Part shown: piece after piece, positions 1 through 18,229 of the stretch
Position numbering within the stretch: the stretch's first letter is position 1
How the letters are laid out: each line of letters starts with the position of its first letter
NCBI GenBank assembly: GCA_963693365.1
Contig: CAVNZM010000014.1
Coordinates: 5,270,001-5,334,000 of the forward strand
DNA: 64,000 nucleotides
Reading direction: 5' to 3'
From: Amoebidium appalachense
Taxonomy: Eukaryota; Protista; Ichthyosporea
Translations under genes and position numbers: made by a program
The notes under the pieces: generated by a model
Told to the model about the DNA's origin: nothing
The model's database searches: none
What the model saw: the letters and a program-made list of their open reading frames with translations, nothing else

Positions 1-143
1 AGAGTGGTGCATATCCCGTAGATATGCCGGATGCACAGAGGAAAGATTTGATGCTCAAGGTGGGTGTGCGTGGAATTGAGGAGTGGGCTGGCGGGAGGTG
101 GGAGGGTGGGGGTGGGGGTGATGATGGCGGCGGCGGTGGTGGT

Positions 144-181
<38 letters not shown>

Positions 182-284
182 GGGGGGGGGGGGGGGGGCT
201 GGGGAGTGCCTGGGGGAGGATATGTGCAAACACCTGCATTCACAGTGTGTGTAGGTTCTGTAAGATGTGTGTTTGTGTGTGTGT

Positions 285-319
<35 letters not shown>

Positions 320-707
320 GGGGGGGGGGGGGGGGGGGAGGGGGAGCGGGTTGTGGGTTGTGTGTGTGTGTGGGGGGGGGGGGGGGGAGAGGGGGAGAGG
401 GGGGGGGAGGGGGGGGGGGGCTGTGGAATAGGGGAGGGGGGGTGGCTGTGGGGTGTGGTGGTGGGAGGGGGGGGGGGGAGGGGGGTCGTGGTGGGGGAAG
501 TAATCTGAGGTATGGAAAGTAGGGGTGGGGGGGCCGGGGGGGAAGAGAGAGAGGGGGGAGGGGAGGGGGGGGGGGGGGGGAGGGGGGGGGCTGGCTATTT
601 AAATGTATTTGAATTTCAGCCTGCACGTTTTGACGGTTTGCTTCGATGGTAGCCAATAGGCGGTGTATTTCAAAAAGACGGATCGGTGGTGGTGGTGGGG
701 GCGGGGG

Positions 708-756
<49 letters not shown>

Positions 757-1612
757 GGGGGTGATGAAAACAGATGGGAGGAAAGTTTGGGCCGGGGGGG
801 GGGGGGGGGGGGGGGGGGGATATGAAGCTGGGCCGAGACATGGGTGTGTGGGGCTGAAGCAGAGAGATAGGAGGGGGGGGATCTTTATGGGGAAAAAAAA
901 GAAAAACCGAAATGTGCGCAGAGTTGGCTCAGGGAGAAATGCATCCTCTCTTGACTGTACCACCTAGGCCATTATCACAACCTGGGTTGCACTTAAGTAC
1001 ATAGCAAAAAGCAAAACATAGCTCATGATCTTCTCTCGTTTCCTTCAGGTTTTCAACGATAAGTGTGTCTCCATCGACATGTTCGATTCCGTCTCTGGCA
1101 TCATACCACCCACATCCACTCCCGTCGCAGCGCCAAAACCACCACCAGCCCAACCAATCGAATCCACTGAACACAACGATGATCTAACCGCCGCAATCTC
1201 TTCCATCACCCCAACTCCCGCCCCCATTCCTACCCCTGCCCCCGCCCCCACACCAAAACCTACCCCTACACCCAAATCCACCACCACCACCCCACCCCCC
1301 AGCAACAAACCCTCTCCACCCACAACACCAAAAACGGTACCGAAACCAACACCGGCCCCCGTGGTTACCCCACCTCCCGCACCCGTTCCGGCGATTTCAA
1401 CCGAGACGAAATCTAGTTTTGTTAACCCTACCTCTACGGATTCTCTTGCGTCGGTTCTTCGCATACAGAAGAAAATTGAACAGGACGTGATGAAGGAGTT
1501 GGGAACGACGGATTTGGATAAGGAGATTGATAGTTGGTTGACGGGCGGGCAGGATGACGATTTGGCGGTGATTGCCGATTCGATGAACGCGCTCAACGAT
1601 TTTTTGAAGTGA
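1..1612 (+). CDS. 3' part of a multi-exon gene; last exon 1049-1612 encodes a Pro/Thr-rich linker and an acidic helical C-terminus (hypothetical protein)
   Basis: Exon 1-59 (..YPVDMPDAQRKDLMLK) ends at an AG|GTGGGT donor. A pyrimidine-rich acceptor (ttccttcag) at 1046-1048 opens a 188-codon non-microsatellite frame (VFNDKCVSIDMFDS...DSMNALNDFLK*). Internal exons not resolved. Confidence 0.65.
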
Positions 1613-1961
1613 GCTTTGTGTGTGTGTTAGGCTATCCCGTTCATTCAGTGTAGTATGACCGACCCCTATTGGCGTGCATTTCAAATGCATTTTTCTACCA
1701 TCCCCCCTCCGGCTTGCCACAGCCAAATCAGGGTGGCACGCGCTTTTTTACAAACACCCGCTTAAAGTTTCAAATAAGGTAATTTGAATACAAACTTTAC
1801 GTTAACAGGATATCGTTATATCCGGAAACGATTAAATTATGGATGGAGTAGTATATCAAGCCAGAGACCTACCTAATAAGTTACACACAGGTTTGCTTCT
1901 AAGCTTAAAGTTTATCTTTTAGGCCCTTTTTGCATGCCAGCAAGAGGAACGGGCTGCGTGT

Positions 1962-2598
<637 letters not shown>

Positions 2599-3129
2599 TG
2601 CGACGTCAGTGACGAGAAAGCCCGAGCCAGGGTTAACGTTGTACGGAGTACGTATTAGTGTGTTTGGTTTTTTGGTTGTTGTCGTGCAAACTGACGTTTG
2701 AAGGGCCTAACAGAACCGCGCACAAACGTCAAATGGATAAACAAGTTGTATCCATGCCACTGTGTGCATAGATGAGGAAGGAGGGACAGAATGCCAGGGT
2801 GTATAAATCAATGGCATATGGGTAGGTTGCAGTCACAGTGAGTGCATTCCATCCACAAGTCATATAGAAATGTTATGACTGTGTGCACCGGCGCCGTGCG
2901 TTTCCAAAACAATTTGACTCTGTGCACATGCACCATCATTGGCGTGGTGGCGCAGAGAGCCGGTGTCATTGCCATCTACTTGTGGGACTGGTTTCAGAAC
3001 TTGAAGTGGACACGTTTTTGGCCGTTCGGTGTGACAGTCCAATTATACCCTCTATAGATCTGAATAAAGAAGTTTCAACAAACTTGATAATGCATACCAT
3101 TCCTTTTCAAACTTAGGAACCTGAAATTT

Positions 3130-3167
<38 letters not shown>

Positions 3168-3465
3168 CTCGCTCCCTCCCCCCCTGCCCCTCCCCCCCCC
3201 CCCCCTCCCCCCCCCCCTCTCCCCTGCGTCCCTGGGCCCTGTCCACTCCCTCCATAGCAAACACCTATGCACACGTGCGCGCGGCGTACACACGCACAAT
3301 GCGCAGGCTCGCGTACCTATGTACACTTGCACACACAGACACACACACATACACAGACGCAACCACACAAGCACACACACGCACATACACACACACACAC
3401 AAACACACACAAACACACAAACACACACACATGCACACACACACACACACACACGCACACACACG

Positions 3466-3571
<106 letters not shown>

Positions 3572-3782
3572 CACACACACGCACACGCACACACGTAGCG
3601 TCACACACGCGCAGCCTCACATGGTGACATACACCCGATACAACCATTACAGCGGACTCTGAGTCAGCCATCCAATCAAAAGATCATGTCTATGTATCAT
3701 GAGTTTCGAGGCTTTCCAATTTCCGGAGAGAGAGAGTGTGTGTGTGTGGGGGGGGGGGGGGGGGGGGGGGGGGTGGGTGGGT

Positions 3783-3832
<50 letters not shown>

Positions 3833-3969
3833 ACACTTGCTGTACGTTCTTTCCTTTAACATTTTTAGGCCAAAACGTATGGGTTATGCTGGCGGGCTCT
3901 AGGGGCCTCATGATTCCACTTGATGGTGGCGCTCATCAGTGGTTTAGATTTTGAGGGTACTGTGGGTGA

Positions 3970-8790
<4,821 letters not shown>

Positions 8791-8913
8791 GCCAAGTGTT
8801 ACGCAACGATACTAGTATGAAGTGTACACTGTACCTATCAATGATCAATATTCCAGCTTAGAGGTACTCTGTCGTAGTGAACAAAATCGTGGAGCGCGTG
8901 CGCGTGTGTGCAC

Positions 8914-8949
<36 letters not shown>

Positions 8950-9054
8950 GCGTGTGCGTGCGTGCGTGCATGCGTGCGTGCGTGCGTGCGCGCGTGCATG
9001 TGTGTTTGTGTGTGTGTGTGTGTGTGTGTTTGTGTGTGTGTGAAAGCTTGATTA

Positions 9055-9280
9055 TACGGCAGAACCGGGACTATTATGTTCTGAGCAGAAAGACTCTGCT
9101 TTGGAAAACTTCTGCAAGACGCAACATTATTTTGCTCACGGCAGCAGAAGATTCTGTTTTTAACAGAATGATGTTCGAGCTAATTTTAGCAGAATATTTT
9201 GCTCTTTTCAGAATTATTCTGCCCTTTTCAGAACAATTCTGCTCAGAGCAAAGTTCATTCTGCCTATGTGTTTGGGAACG
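9055..9280. mobile_element. Degenerate partial second copy of the foldback element
   Basis: Eroded gcagaa..ttctgc units ending in aagttcattctgcctatgtgtttggga, which resembles the right TIR at 5569-5597. Confidence 0.6.
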
Positions 9281-9422
9281 TAAGGGATCGAGGGGGCAAG
9301 TCCCCGGCAGGGCTCTGAAGAGGCCAGTTACGTTTGTGTGGTCTTTGGAAGAGAAAATATGTTTGAGCTTAGGGGGCAGTTGGGCGCGGGCACACAAACA
9401 CACACACACACAAATGCGGGCG

Positions 9423-9456
<34 letters not shown>

Positions 9457-9474
9457 GACATGCACACACACGTG

Positions 9475-9570
<96 letters not shown>

Positions 9571-9784
9571 ACACACACATGATGCACACACGCACACACG
9601 CACACGAACACACGCACACACGCACGAACACACGCACACACGAGCGCACACACGCAATGATACCTGGAACATTTCTTCCCTTCGCCCAACGTTTTTTATG
9701 TGTCTTGTTCCAAACTGGTGTAAATCAACTGTACTCTACGTTCTGTGGGATGTACTACATCCCCCCCCCCCCCCCCCCCCCCCC

Positions 9785-9813
9785 AATAATAATAATACTA
9801 TAATAATAACTTA

Positions 9814-9846
<33 letters not shown>

Positions 9847-9923
9847 TTAATATTAATACTTAAAAATAAATCAAAATATTAAATAATAATAATAACAATA
9901 ACAACAACAACAACAACAACAAC

Positions 9924-9982
<59 letters not shown>

Positions 9983-9985
9983 TAA
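9785..9985. repeat. (AAT)n/(AAC)n microsatellite
   Basis: Seen directly in the sequence. Confidence 0.95.
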
Positions 9986-10147
9986 TGAAATTAGCAAATA
10001 AAAAATATAAAAAAAGACAAGTAGAAATTGTCAAATGTGTACAGAATTACGTCTAAAAACATAGAAAAACACCCCATCCCCCCCCCCCCCCCCCCTCCCC
10101 CCCAACTCACTCACACCAATGGCCCCGTGGCACACGCACACATGGTC

Positions 10148-10286
<139 letters not shown>

Positions 10287-10623
10287 ACCCCGAAAGAAAA
10301 AAATCCCCCTCCAAAAAAAAAGACAAAAAAAAAAAAAAAAAACTTTCGGGTATGCACGGGAGATAATACGGCTATAACAACAAACAGATGGATACAGGAG
10401 CTGCCTAGTAATATTGGCCTATCACACGGTAGCATAAAGGTCACGAGCCCCAGGACGGGGAGAGGGGGCCTTGCCGTGTTATATGCCCCGGGGGTACGGA
10501 GGGGTTGGGGGGAGGGGGGAGGGAGGGGGAGAGAGAGCCTCAGAGAGAGGGAGAGAGAGACGGGTGGGGGAGGTGGGGGGGGGAGGTGGAGGGAGAGGAG
10601 GGGGGAGGAGGAGGGGGGAGGAG

Positions 10624-10655
<32 letters not shown>

Positions 10656-10839
10656 AGGGGGGGGGGGGGGGCTGGGTGAAGATGGATGTACGTGTTACCT
10701 TCCAAAAGTGTAGGCTCCACTACATGTGATTTTTTTAAAACTTTATCCCTGAAATGAAACTTGCTTTCACTCCCTAGATAAATGCATGCGTTTGTGTTAA
10801 CACACTATTAACGTTGTGCTCGTCAATGATGAGCAGGTA

Positions 10840-11170
10840 GCTGACGTCGACCCTGTTGCCAAACGAGCCACTGCATGCGAAAAAAGTTAACATTTATCAT
10901 AGTTCAATTATTTATTTAGTTATTTATTTATTGCTATTGTTTTTCTTATTATTTTGTTTTGTTGCAGTATTCTGAATTCGAAGTTCGGCTAGCGCGCGGG
11001 ACATGACGACGAAATACGTCACTGAATCGAACAACATTTCCATGCAGACTCCATTATTTATCAAATCAATTGATTCTTCGCAGACTTGTATAATAAGATG
11101 ACGTCATATTAGCAGACTACACATAGGCAAGACACGTGATACAATTATCCCAGACGTCGACGCGTCACGG
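10840..11170. promoter_or_regulatory. Putative ACR3 upstream regulatory region with CRE/ATF-like bZIP sites
   Basis: Perfect ATGACGTCAT at 11098-11107, plus TGACGTC (~10843), TACGTCA (~11015) and GACGTCGACGCGTCA (~11153), in microsatellite-free DNA 0.4-0.75 kb upstream of the ATG. Confidence 0.35.
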
Positions 11171-11591
11171 GCACTCACGGTGACAGTGTGTGTGACAGTG
11201 TACATGTGCATGCATGCCACACACCAGGCTTGGGCACCCATCATCACACACACAGCAATCCCACACACAGCAATTGCACACATCATCTTACATCAAACCG
11301 TCTTTTTGCACGGGCATTACAAGAAAGCTGGTTTGTAGTTGGTCTACCGTCCGAAAATTTTCGAACCATCTTGTCCTTTTTGTTTTGCCTTCTCACTTTT
11401 CTGTATCCCAGCCGTTTTAGTGGGTCCCAGCCCCAAGTTTCTTTCTCCTTAGGTCTACCGCCCCTACGACTTTGAACCAAGCGCTTCTGTGCCGTCACTC
11501 AACACTACGTTTCTTTTGTCTTTTCCCCCCGCCCGTCACTGTGTTGTGAGCCGAGCGCCTTGTGCGGTTTTTAACAGTAGTGTCATTCACC

Positions 11592-12836
11592 ATGGCCGTT
11601 CAGGCACTAAGCAAAGGTTGTCACGTAGACCCATCTTCAGGTAAACCTTGCCACGTGGATGAAAAGAACGAGTGTGTTCTTGATGATTCGACGGACCATG
11701 CATTGGAAATTAACACGGGAAACGATGGCTCTACTCTTCCAACCGATGCTACCAGCGAAAACCTGAACACACCCCCACGACAGTTGGATTGGGTTTCCAG
11801 ACTGTTAACTCTATGGGTGGCTCTAGCGATGGCCTTCGGGACTCTTCTAAGTCACTATGCACCTGGGGTAAGGGAAGCACTGACTAAAGCGGAAGTAGGG
11901 GATACTAATTTGGTAATTGCCATCGGCCTCATCCTCATGCTTATCCCGCCTCTCGCTAAGGCGCACTATGGTAACATCCTCTCGCTGGATTACTACGTGG
12001 AATACAGGTGGGAGCTGTTGATAAGTGTTGCGCAAAACTGGCTAATTGGCCCTGCACTCATGTTTTTGCTGGCATGGGGTTTCCTCCACAACGAACCGGG
12101 GCTGATGCACGGCATCGTTATGGTCGGTTTGGCAAGATGCATTGCCATGGTTGTGCAATGGAACGAGCTGGCATATGGCGACACGAACCTCTGTGTGGTG
12201 ATGGTTGCCATGAATTCCATCCTTCAGGTGCTTCTCTTTGCTCCAATGGCCCTATTTTACGTCGTTTTCTTGGGCGATGCAGTGGGAGCACCAGCAGATG
12301 GTCTTTCTGGTTCCCAGGCCGTAGTGACGGTTGTTACGAGTGTCCTCATCTACCTGGGCATTCCAATGGTGATTGGTGTGTGTTCGTGGGTGGGGTTGAG
12401 AAGATGGAAGGGGGAGAGTTGGTATTACGAAGTGTTTATCCCCCGTTTGGATCCTTTGGGTTTAATTGCCCTGCTGGTAACGATTGTTTTCATCTTTATT
12501 ATTAAGGGAGAGCAGCTGATAGACAGGCCTCTAGATGTCTTGTTGGCGGCTGTTCCGTTGGTTTTCTACTTCTTGATCATGTTTTTCGGTTCCTTGACTG
12601 TGGCGTTCTTCATGGGTTTTTGCTATGAACGTGCGGCAACCCTAGCTTTCACTGCTGCTAGCAACAACTTCGAGCTGGCTATTGCCATTTCCATTGCTAC
12701 GTTTGGCTCCGAGAGTGATGCATCGTTTGCCACCGTGATGGGACCTCTCATTGAGGTTCCCATCATGTTGATATTTGTACAGATTGCCCTACTTCTAAGG
12801 AAGAGATGGGATGCAAAATTGAAGCGAAGAATGTAA
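11592..12836 (+). CDS. ACR3: Arsenite/antimonite efflux transporter Acr3 (BART/SBF superfamily), 414 aa, intronless
   Basis: About 10 hydrophobic segments and the family signatures QNWLIGPALMF, GLARCIAMVVQWNELAYGD, AASNNFELAIA and GPLIEVP. ATG in a caccATGG context at 11592. Confidence 0.96.
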   Translation: MAVQALSKGCHVDPSSGKPCHVDEKNECVLDDSTDHALEINTGNDGSTLPTDATSENLNTPPRQLDWVSRLLTLWVALAMAFGTLLSHYAPGVREALTKAEVGDTNLVIAIGLILMLIPPLAKAHYGNILSLDYYVEYRWELLISVAQNWLIGPALMFLLAWGFLHNEPGLMHGIVMVGLARCIAMVVQWNELAYGDTNLCVVMVAMNSILQVLLFAPMALFYVVFLGDAVGAPADGLSGSQAVVTVVTSVLIYLGIPMVIGVCSWVGLRRWKGESWYYEVFIPRLDPLGLIALLVTIVFIFIIKGEQLIDRPLDVLLAAVPLVFYFLIMFFGSLTVAFFMGFCYERAATLAFTAASNNFELAIAISIATFGSESDASFATVMGPLIEVPIMLIFVQIALLLRKRWDAKLKRRM

Positions 12837-12941
12837 ACTGAGTCTGTTTTCTTCGCTAATTTAGACAGAATTGTAAGCAGTTAATATCGTAGTGTAGATA
12901 GGTACGAACACGGTGTCTCTCTGGTCTGAGACTAGAAATAA

Positions 12942-12981
<40 letters not shown>

Positions 12982-13098
12982 AAAAGAAAAACCAAGGAAA
13001 AAAAGAAGTTTCCAGCTGCTGTACAACGTGTATGGTCCCAATGTGTGGATTTTTTCGTGGAAGTGATTATCGCCACTTCCGACCCATCCCCCCCCCCC

Positions 13099-13129
<31 letters not shown>

Positions 13130-14170
13130 ACACACTTTCAAAGTTTGTTTTGTGGTGGTGGAAGTGAGGAAAAGTGGGGAGGTGGAGGAGGAGGGAGGGG
13201 GCTGCGAACCATGCACATCACAACCTCAGGAGCATATTGTATGACTAGACGAATGAAACAGTAGACTAGTAGAGTAGTGCAGGTGGTGTGTGACTCTGTA
13301 CTTGCACATACATGTGTATTCATGTATGTCTGTATGAACGCGTGTGTGTATATGTGTAGGCACACATGCATGTATGTGCACGTAAGTGTGCTTGTGTGCG
13401 TGAGCGTTCCTAAATGCATGAGTGCGCACATAAGTGCAGTGTACGAGCGTGTGTCTGTGTGGGTGCGTATATGACTGTGTGAGCGAGTGTATGTGTTTGT
13501 GCGTGCATGTGGGCGTGCGTGCCTTCCCGCTTTCCCTGCGGAGGGAGGGTGGGGCGGGGTGGGATGGATGGATTGATGGAATTAAGGGGGGATGGGGACA
13601 CATTAGAAAAACTATTGTAACGATCCCCAAAAAGAGGAAGTAAGAGCACAAACTTCTAGCAGGAGGGAGAAAGACGAGAGGAGGTGAGAAGTAAGGGGAC
13701 GATGCATGGGGGAAAATGTCGTAGAATAGATTGCATAGCATCGAGCACCGGGGGGAGGAGGGTGGGCGGTGAGGGTGGGGGGGGAGGGGGGGGGGGGGAG
13801 AGAGAGAGGGGGGGGGGGGAGGGGGGGGGGGACTGAGCTTGGAACGAGAAGCAAGGGGAGGGATGAGGGTGAGTGTGTGCGGACTTTCCACGTATGTTGG
13901 ACAGTGTGCATTTGCGTGTGCACGTTGGTGTGTGTGTGCATAGGAAAGGGGGAGGGGGGGGGGGGGGGGGGGGGGGAAGGGGGGAGGGGAGAGGGGAAGG
14001 GAGGGAACCGGGTAAGGGGAAGTTGAATATGTGGAGATGCTAAAATACGCTGAAACTGGAAGAACAACACAAAGCAGATATGAAAAAATGAAGCAAAAAG
14101 GCACCGCAAGTACAGCAAGGGTGCATATGTTTACGTTTGTCTGTTGAACAGTGTGTGTGTGTATGTGTGT

Positions 14171-14238
<68 letters not shown>

Positions 14239-14389
14239 GACTTGTGTGTGTAATGGGGGAAGGGGATGGCGGGGCGGCCCAGGGGGAAGGGGGAGGGGGG
14301 GGGGGGGGAGGGAGGGAGGGGAAGGAGAGGGAGACAGAGAGAGAGGAGCGGGAGGGTGGAGAGGGGGAGGGGGAGGGGGGGGGGGGGGC

Positions 14390-14572
14390 TGTTTTTGTTG
14401 AAGAAAACGAGGCCGTCTTTGCGTCTTTGTAGCGGGGCCGAGCTCAGCCAGAGCGTCATCAAACAGGGTTGTGGGGGTGTTCCGTTTGTTGAGAATCTCA
14501 TCCATCAGCCGCTTGCGCTGCAGCGCAGACAGCCCAAGGAGGGGGTGGCTGGCTTCCGTGGTGATGTAGGTC
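14390..14572 (-). CDS. Isolated coding-like exon (hypothetical, possibly a pseudogene remnant)
   Basis: Acceptor ccccacag followed by the open frame TYITTEASHPLLGLSALQRKRLMDEILNKRNTPTTLFDDALAELGPATK. Partner exons not found. Confidence 0.3.
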
Positions 14573-16440
14573 TGTGGGGTGTGTGTAACTTTACGGGTAC
14601 GGGGATAGTTGGTGGGAATAGACCACTGATAATAAGTAACATGCGCCTGTGGTGATGTATGTCTGTGTGGTGGGTGCAAGATATACCGTCGGGCCGGGAG
14701 ATGTTTGGAGCATATATGCAACGGAAAAGGGCATGATATTGTCAGCAGGACCGGGTGTGTGTGAGATGTGCGGATAAGGAGCCCAGTGCTCGGAGACTAT
14801 AGACCATTATATATTGAAAATTCTGGTGTATTTCTGCATGGTGTATATGAGATATACCGATTAGGGGATATTGCACGTGTATGGACGGGATAGACCGTTG
14901 GGTGGGAGGTGCCTATAGGTCGGTGACTTAATGCATAAATGGTAACGTGATATTTACTAGCAGGGAGATATTCAGAGAGGATAGATCACCGAAAAGGTGG
15001 TGATAGATGTCGACGCCCGAACGGTCCTGCATTTTAGTGAGTGTGAGGTATACGTAGGGCTACCTTTCCGTAATTTAGCTCCCCCCCTGCACCCCCCTAA
15101 CTGACGTATACGGGGAAGGGCATATATCACTCAGCATGGAGCGGGATTTTATTATAAACGTGGGGAGTGTATTCATGTTGGGATGGGTAAGATGAATGGG
15201 AAGGGAGATACTCAAGACCAAATAGAAGGCTCTACCGAGTGTGAAATAAGTTTGCATAAATCTGATGAGATTCGAATTATTGGATATGTGTTTCAGAAAG
15301 GCGATACATATATTATGATCCTACATTCCTACTTTTTTTTTCATTTCATGGAAACTTGTTTTGCGCGCCAAAACTTTCCGCCAAATTTCCATATTTGGCT
15401 AATAGTAATCAGTCAAATCACACACGAATTTGTTATGCAATTTTTTTATTTAAATTACGATATTCCTGTTCTATTTTTTGTTTTTCATATGTGCTGAAGG
15501 AGATGAGATCCACCGTTGCCGACGTATGTCTATATGATAGTGTGCATGTGAGATATCCCAAAAACTTTAAAGTTGGTGGGAGCTCCGTGCATCAGAATGG
15601 CCTGCGCAACGTCCCCGGAATGGCAACTAAGGGATAATTAAAAGCACACAATACTAGTCGTGGAACAAAAGCATCTCTAAGGGTCAAAGCTCAAACCTTC
15701 CAGGGTGGATGTGCTCATGATTTTGGCGTGTAGCGTGGGGGGAGGATAGGGAGGGGGGGGGGAGAGAGAGAGGGAGGGAGAGAGAGAGTGAGAGAGAGAG
15801 AGAAATATGCATTACCTGGTTGGAATTATTGAAGTCCATTTTTTTTCTTCGGGAGGGGGAGGGGGGAGATTGGGGGGTGTGGCAGCAGCACCTCAGCCCT
15901 TGAATAGACACTTGTCCGTACTGAGGATATTATGTTTATGAAATTAAGACCGCCGCGCCAGACGGCTGGGCCGATTTGCGGCCAAATCATAGGTCTTGTT
16001 AATTTTAAAAAACACACTGTAGTTGCCACTCCCTCTCTCCAATCCTAGAAATTTTTACTTGGTTGCAAAGTAATGTGCATATATTGGCACGTTTTTCATT
16101 CGCAGAGTGCAACCAGGGGAGGAGGACGGGCAAAAAAAAAAAAAAAAACACACAAGCTTCTCGCTCCATTTCTAGCTCTCAGCTACAGAGTACCTACTGA
16201 TTAATTCTTATTCTTTGAAAAGCCCAAAACTGGATCTTACATCGTTAAAAGATATTCCTCTCTCCTACTGTTTTTGCATGTTGTTTATATTATAAATTCT
16301 CAACTGAAAACATTCGACCTTCGATAAAAATTGCCTTTTTACAACGTGCAAACCCAGTTCCCACCACCCCAGCTCAATAAAGTTCCTGAAGATTGCCAGA
16401 ATGTTCATGAACAAATATCACGTTCAGATTTACGGAAAAT

Positions 16441-17203
16441 TCAATGGGCAGCAGAGAAAAAGCCAATTTTCGGCATGGAGTCGGAAAACCTCCTCTTGAG
16501 CTCCACAGCGTCCCTTTTGATGTGCAGTGGGGGGAGATCCTCAGACTGTGAGGCACTATGCAGGGTAGCCCATGACTCCTTGCTCAGGGCGGCATAGTTT
16601 GGCGTTTCATCACAGTTGTACCCAATTGTAGCAACAAGAGCGAGGGTAGGGTGGGGAAACTCCTTTCGTTGCACGTTGTTGCGAGGGAGAATGTCTTGTG
16701 ATGAAAGCGGGGAGGGAGACAGCGGGTTGGGGTGCTCGGCGTAGACTGGGAACTCGTCAGAGCCAACGGAGGCAAAGAGAGAGAGGCTAAGCTGATAGAT
16801 GTACGCTGTGGGACGAGAAGGGAAGAATTGTTAGTGTTTTTGGTCTTTTCCCTCACATGAGTGTCATAACTACGCGAGTAATGTTGACACTTCAACAGCA
16901 CTCTTTGTACGTACACTTGCACCTCAGGCTTGATTTAGTTTTTTCCTCGCTCCCTTGTTGCACAAAGCCTACGTGCATCTTTTCAACATACTTGGTTCTT
17001 GTCTCTTGAAGGTGTCTGGTAGTGTGTTGGAATCGGGGCAAACATTTCGTTCACTATGCCAAAGAAAAACATGTCACGGAGAGCCGCACAAACAAGCACA
17101 TTGATTACAACCTGAAACGATTACAGCACAATACACAAGACTGTTTTCACTTGTCACACGCACAAAGAAAGCCCGGGGAATAGCAGAACTTTGACTTACC
17201 CAT
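16441..17203 (-). CDS. Compact 3-exon gene, hypothetical protein; best splice model has an in-frame UGA at codon 14
   Basis: Exon 1 ATGG (17203-17200) with a GTAAGT donor. Exon 2 17111-16992 (tttcag acceptor, GTATGT donor). Exon 3 16805-16441 (CTAAC branch, polypyrimidine tract, cag) encodes YIYQLSLSLFASVGSDEF...KIGFFSAAH*. Total 489 nt. Confidence 0.6.
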
Positions 17204-18229
17204 TTTTTTGTGTCAATTTGTAAATTGACGTTGTTGGTTGTAATTCACGCAAGTCGGAACACCTCGTATGCACGTCAACTTGTGGGTTGAAAGCTAGTTC
17301 TCAACTGGAATGGTGTTCCAAGTTTTATAGGCGCGGCCCGTCAGGAAAGCATGATACAAAGCAAAAAGCTGTGCATAGGTTGGTGTACTATTTCTAAATG
17401 ACTTTGAGCCAATGAACTTATATAAGGAATCATCACAGATCGATTTAGCCTACACCGTCATGCCAATCTAGATTGATAAAAGCTATGGTGGCCAATTTTA
17501 AATAGAAAAAAGTATTTATTATTAATATATTATTCATAAAATTGGGTGTTTGGTATTTTGAAAAACTGTAAAGAGCACATTTGCAAATCTGAGTGATGTC
17601 GACGTCGTTTTTAGGTTCATCATTATCCAATCATAACGACGCAACATCGACCAAAATATAGCCAGAGCCTATGGTAATTGCATTTGGTAATCAGCTTCGT
17701 CAGACCCAATAGAATTCGGCTCATCACAGAATGGGTGAATCCGGATTGCTTTCGGTCAGCTTTTTCACGCTGCTGAGCTGCGGCTCGCACGTCGCTGAGT
17801 CAGGCGGGCACAGGCTTTCAAGGCAAAGTCTATACAAGTCCTCATAAAACCGCTTTCATACATATGGAGAAATTTTTTTAACGATGATATTTTTGCGTAA
17901 TTCATTTAACAGCATCATGTATAAAAAATAACCCATAGAAAAGTCTACTGTAGGCCTCTAGGTGCGGGGGCCTCAAGGCTGAGCGGCAGCTGATAACGGG
18001 TCGGTGGTGATAGAAAGCACTGGTCGGTGGTCAGAAAAAAAACCAGTGACAAACGGAATGATGGCATTTTTGTCATTCTAGGTGTATTTGATAGGAAAAC
18101 TGTTGAAAACTTGATAAAGAAGCCTCATTACATGCAGATTTCTCACTCCCGAGACACACCGTATTGAATGCCTTGGAAGCGGGTGCTTTTGGCTGGTGCG
18201 TGGCTCTTTCAAAAAAAAATTTACGTCCC

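Noticed and set aside
16360-16412. SECIS candidate downstream of the UGA-containing gene (ATGA..AA..GA on the - strand)
   Set aside because: The helix arms are asymmetric and pair poorly by eye; a covariance-model search is needed.
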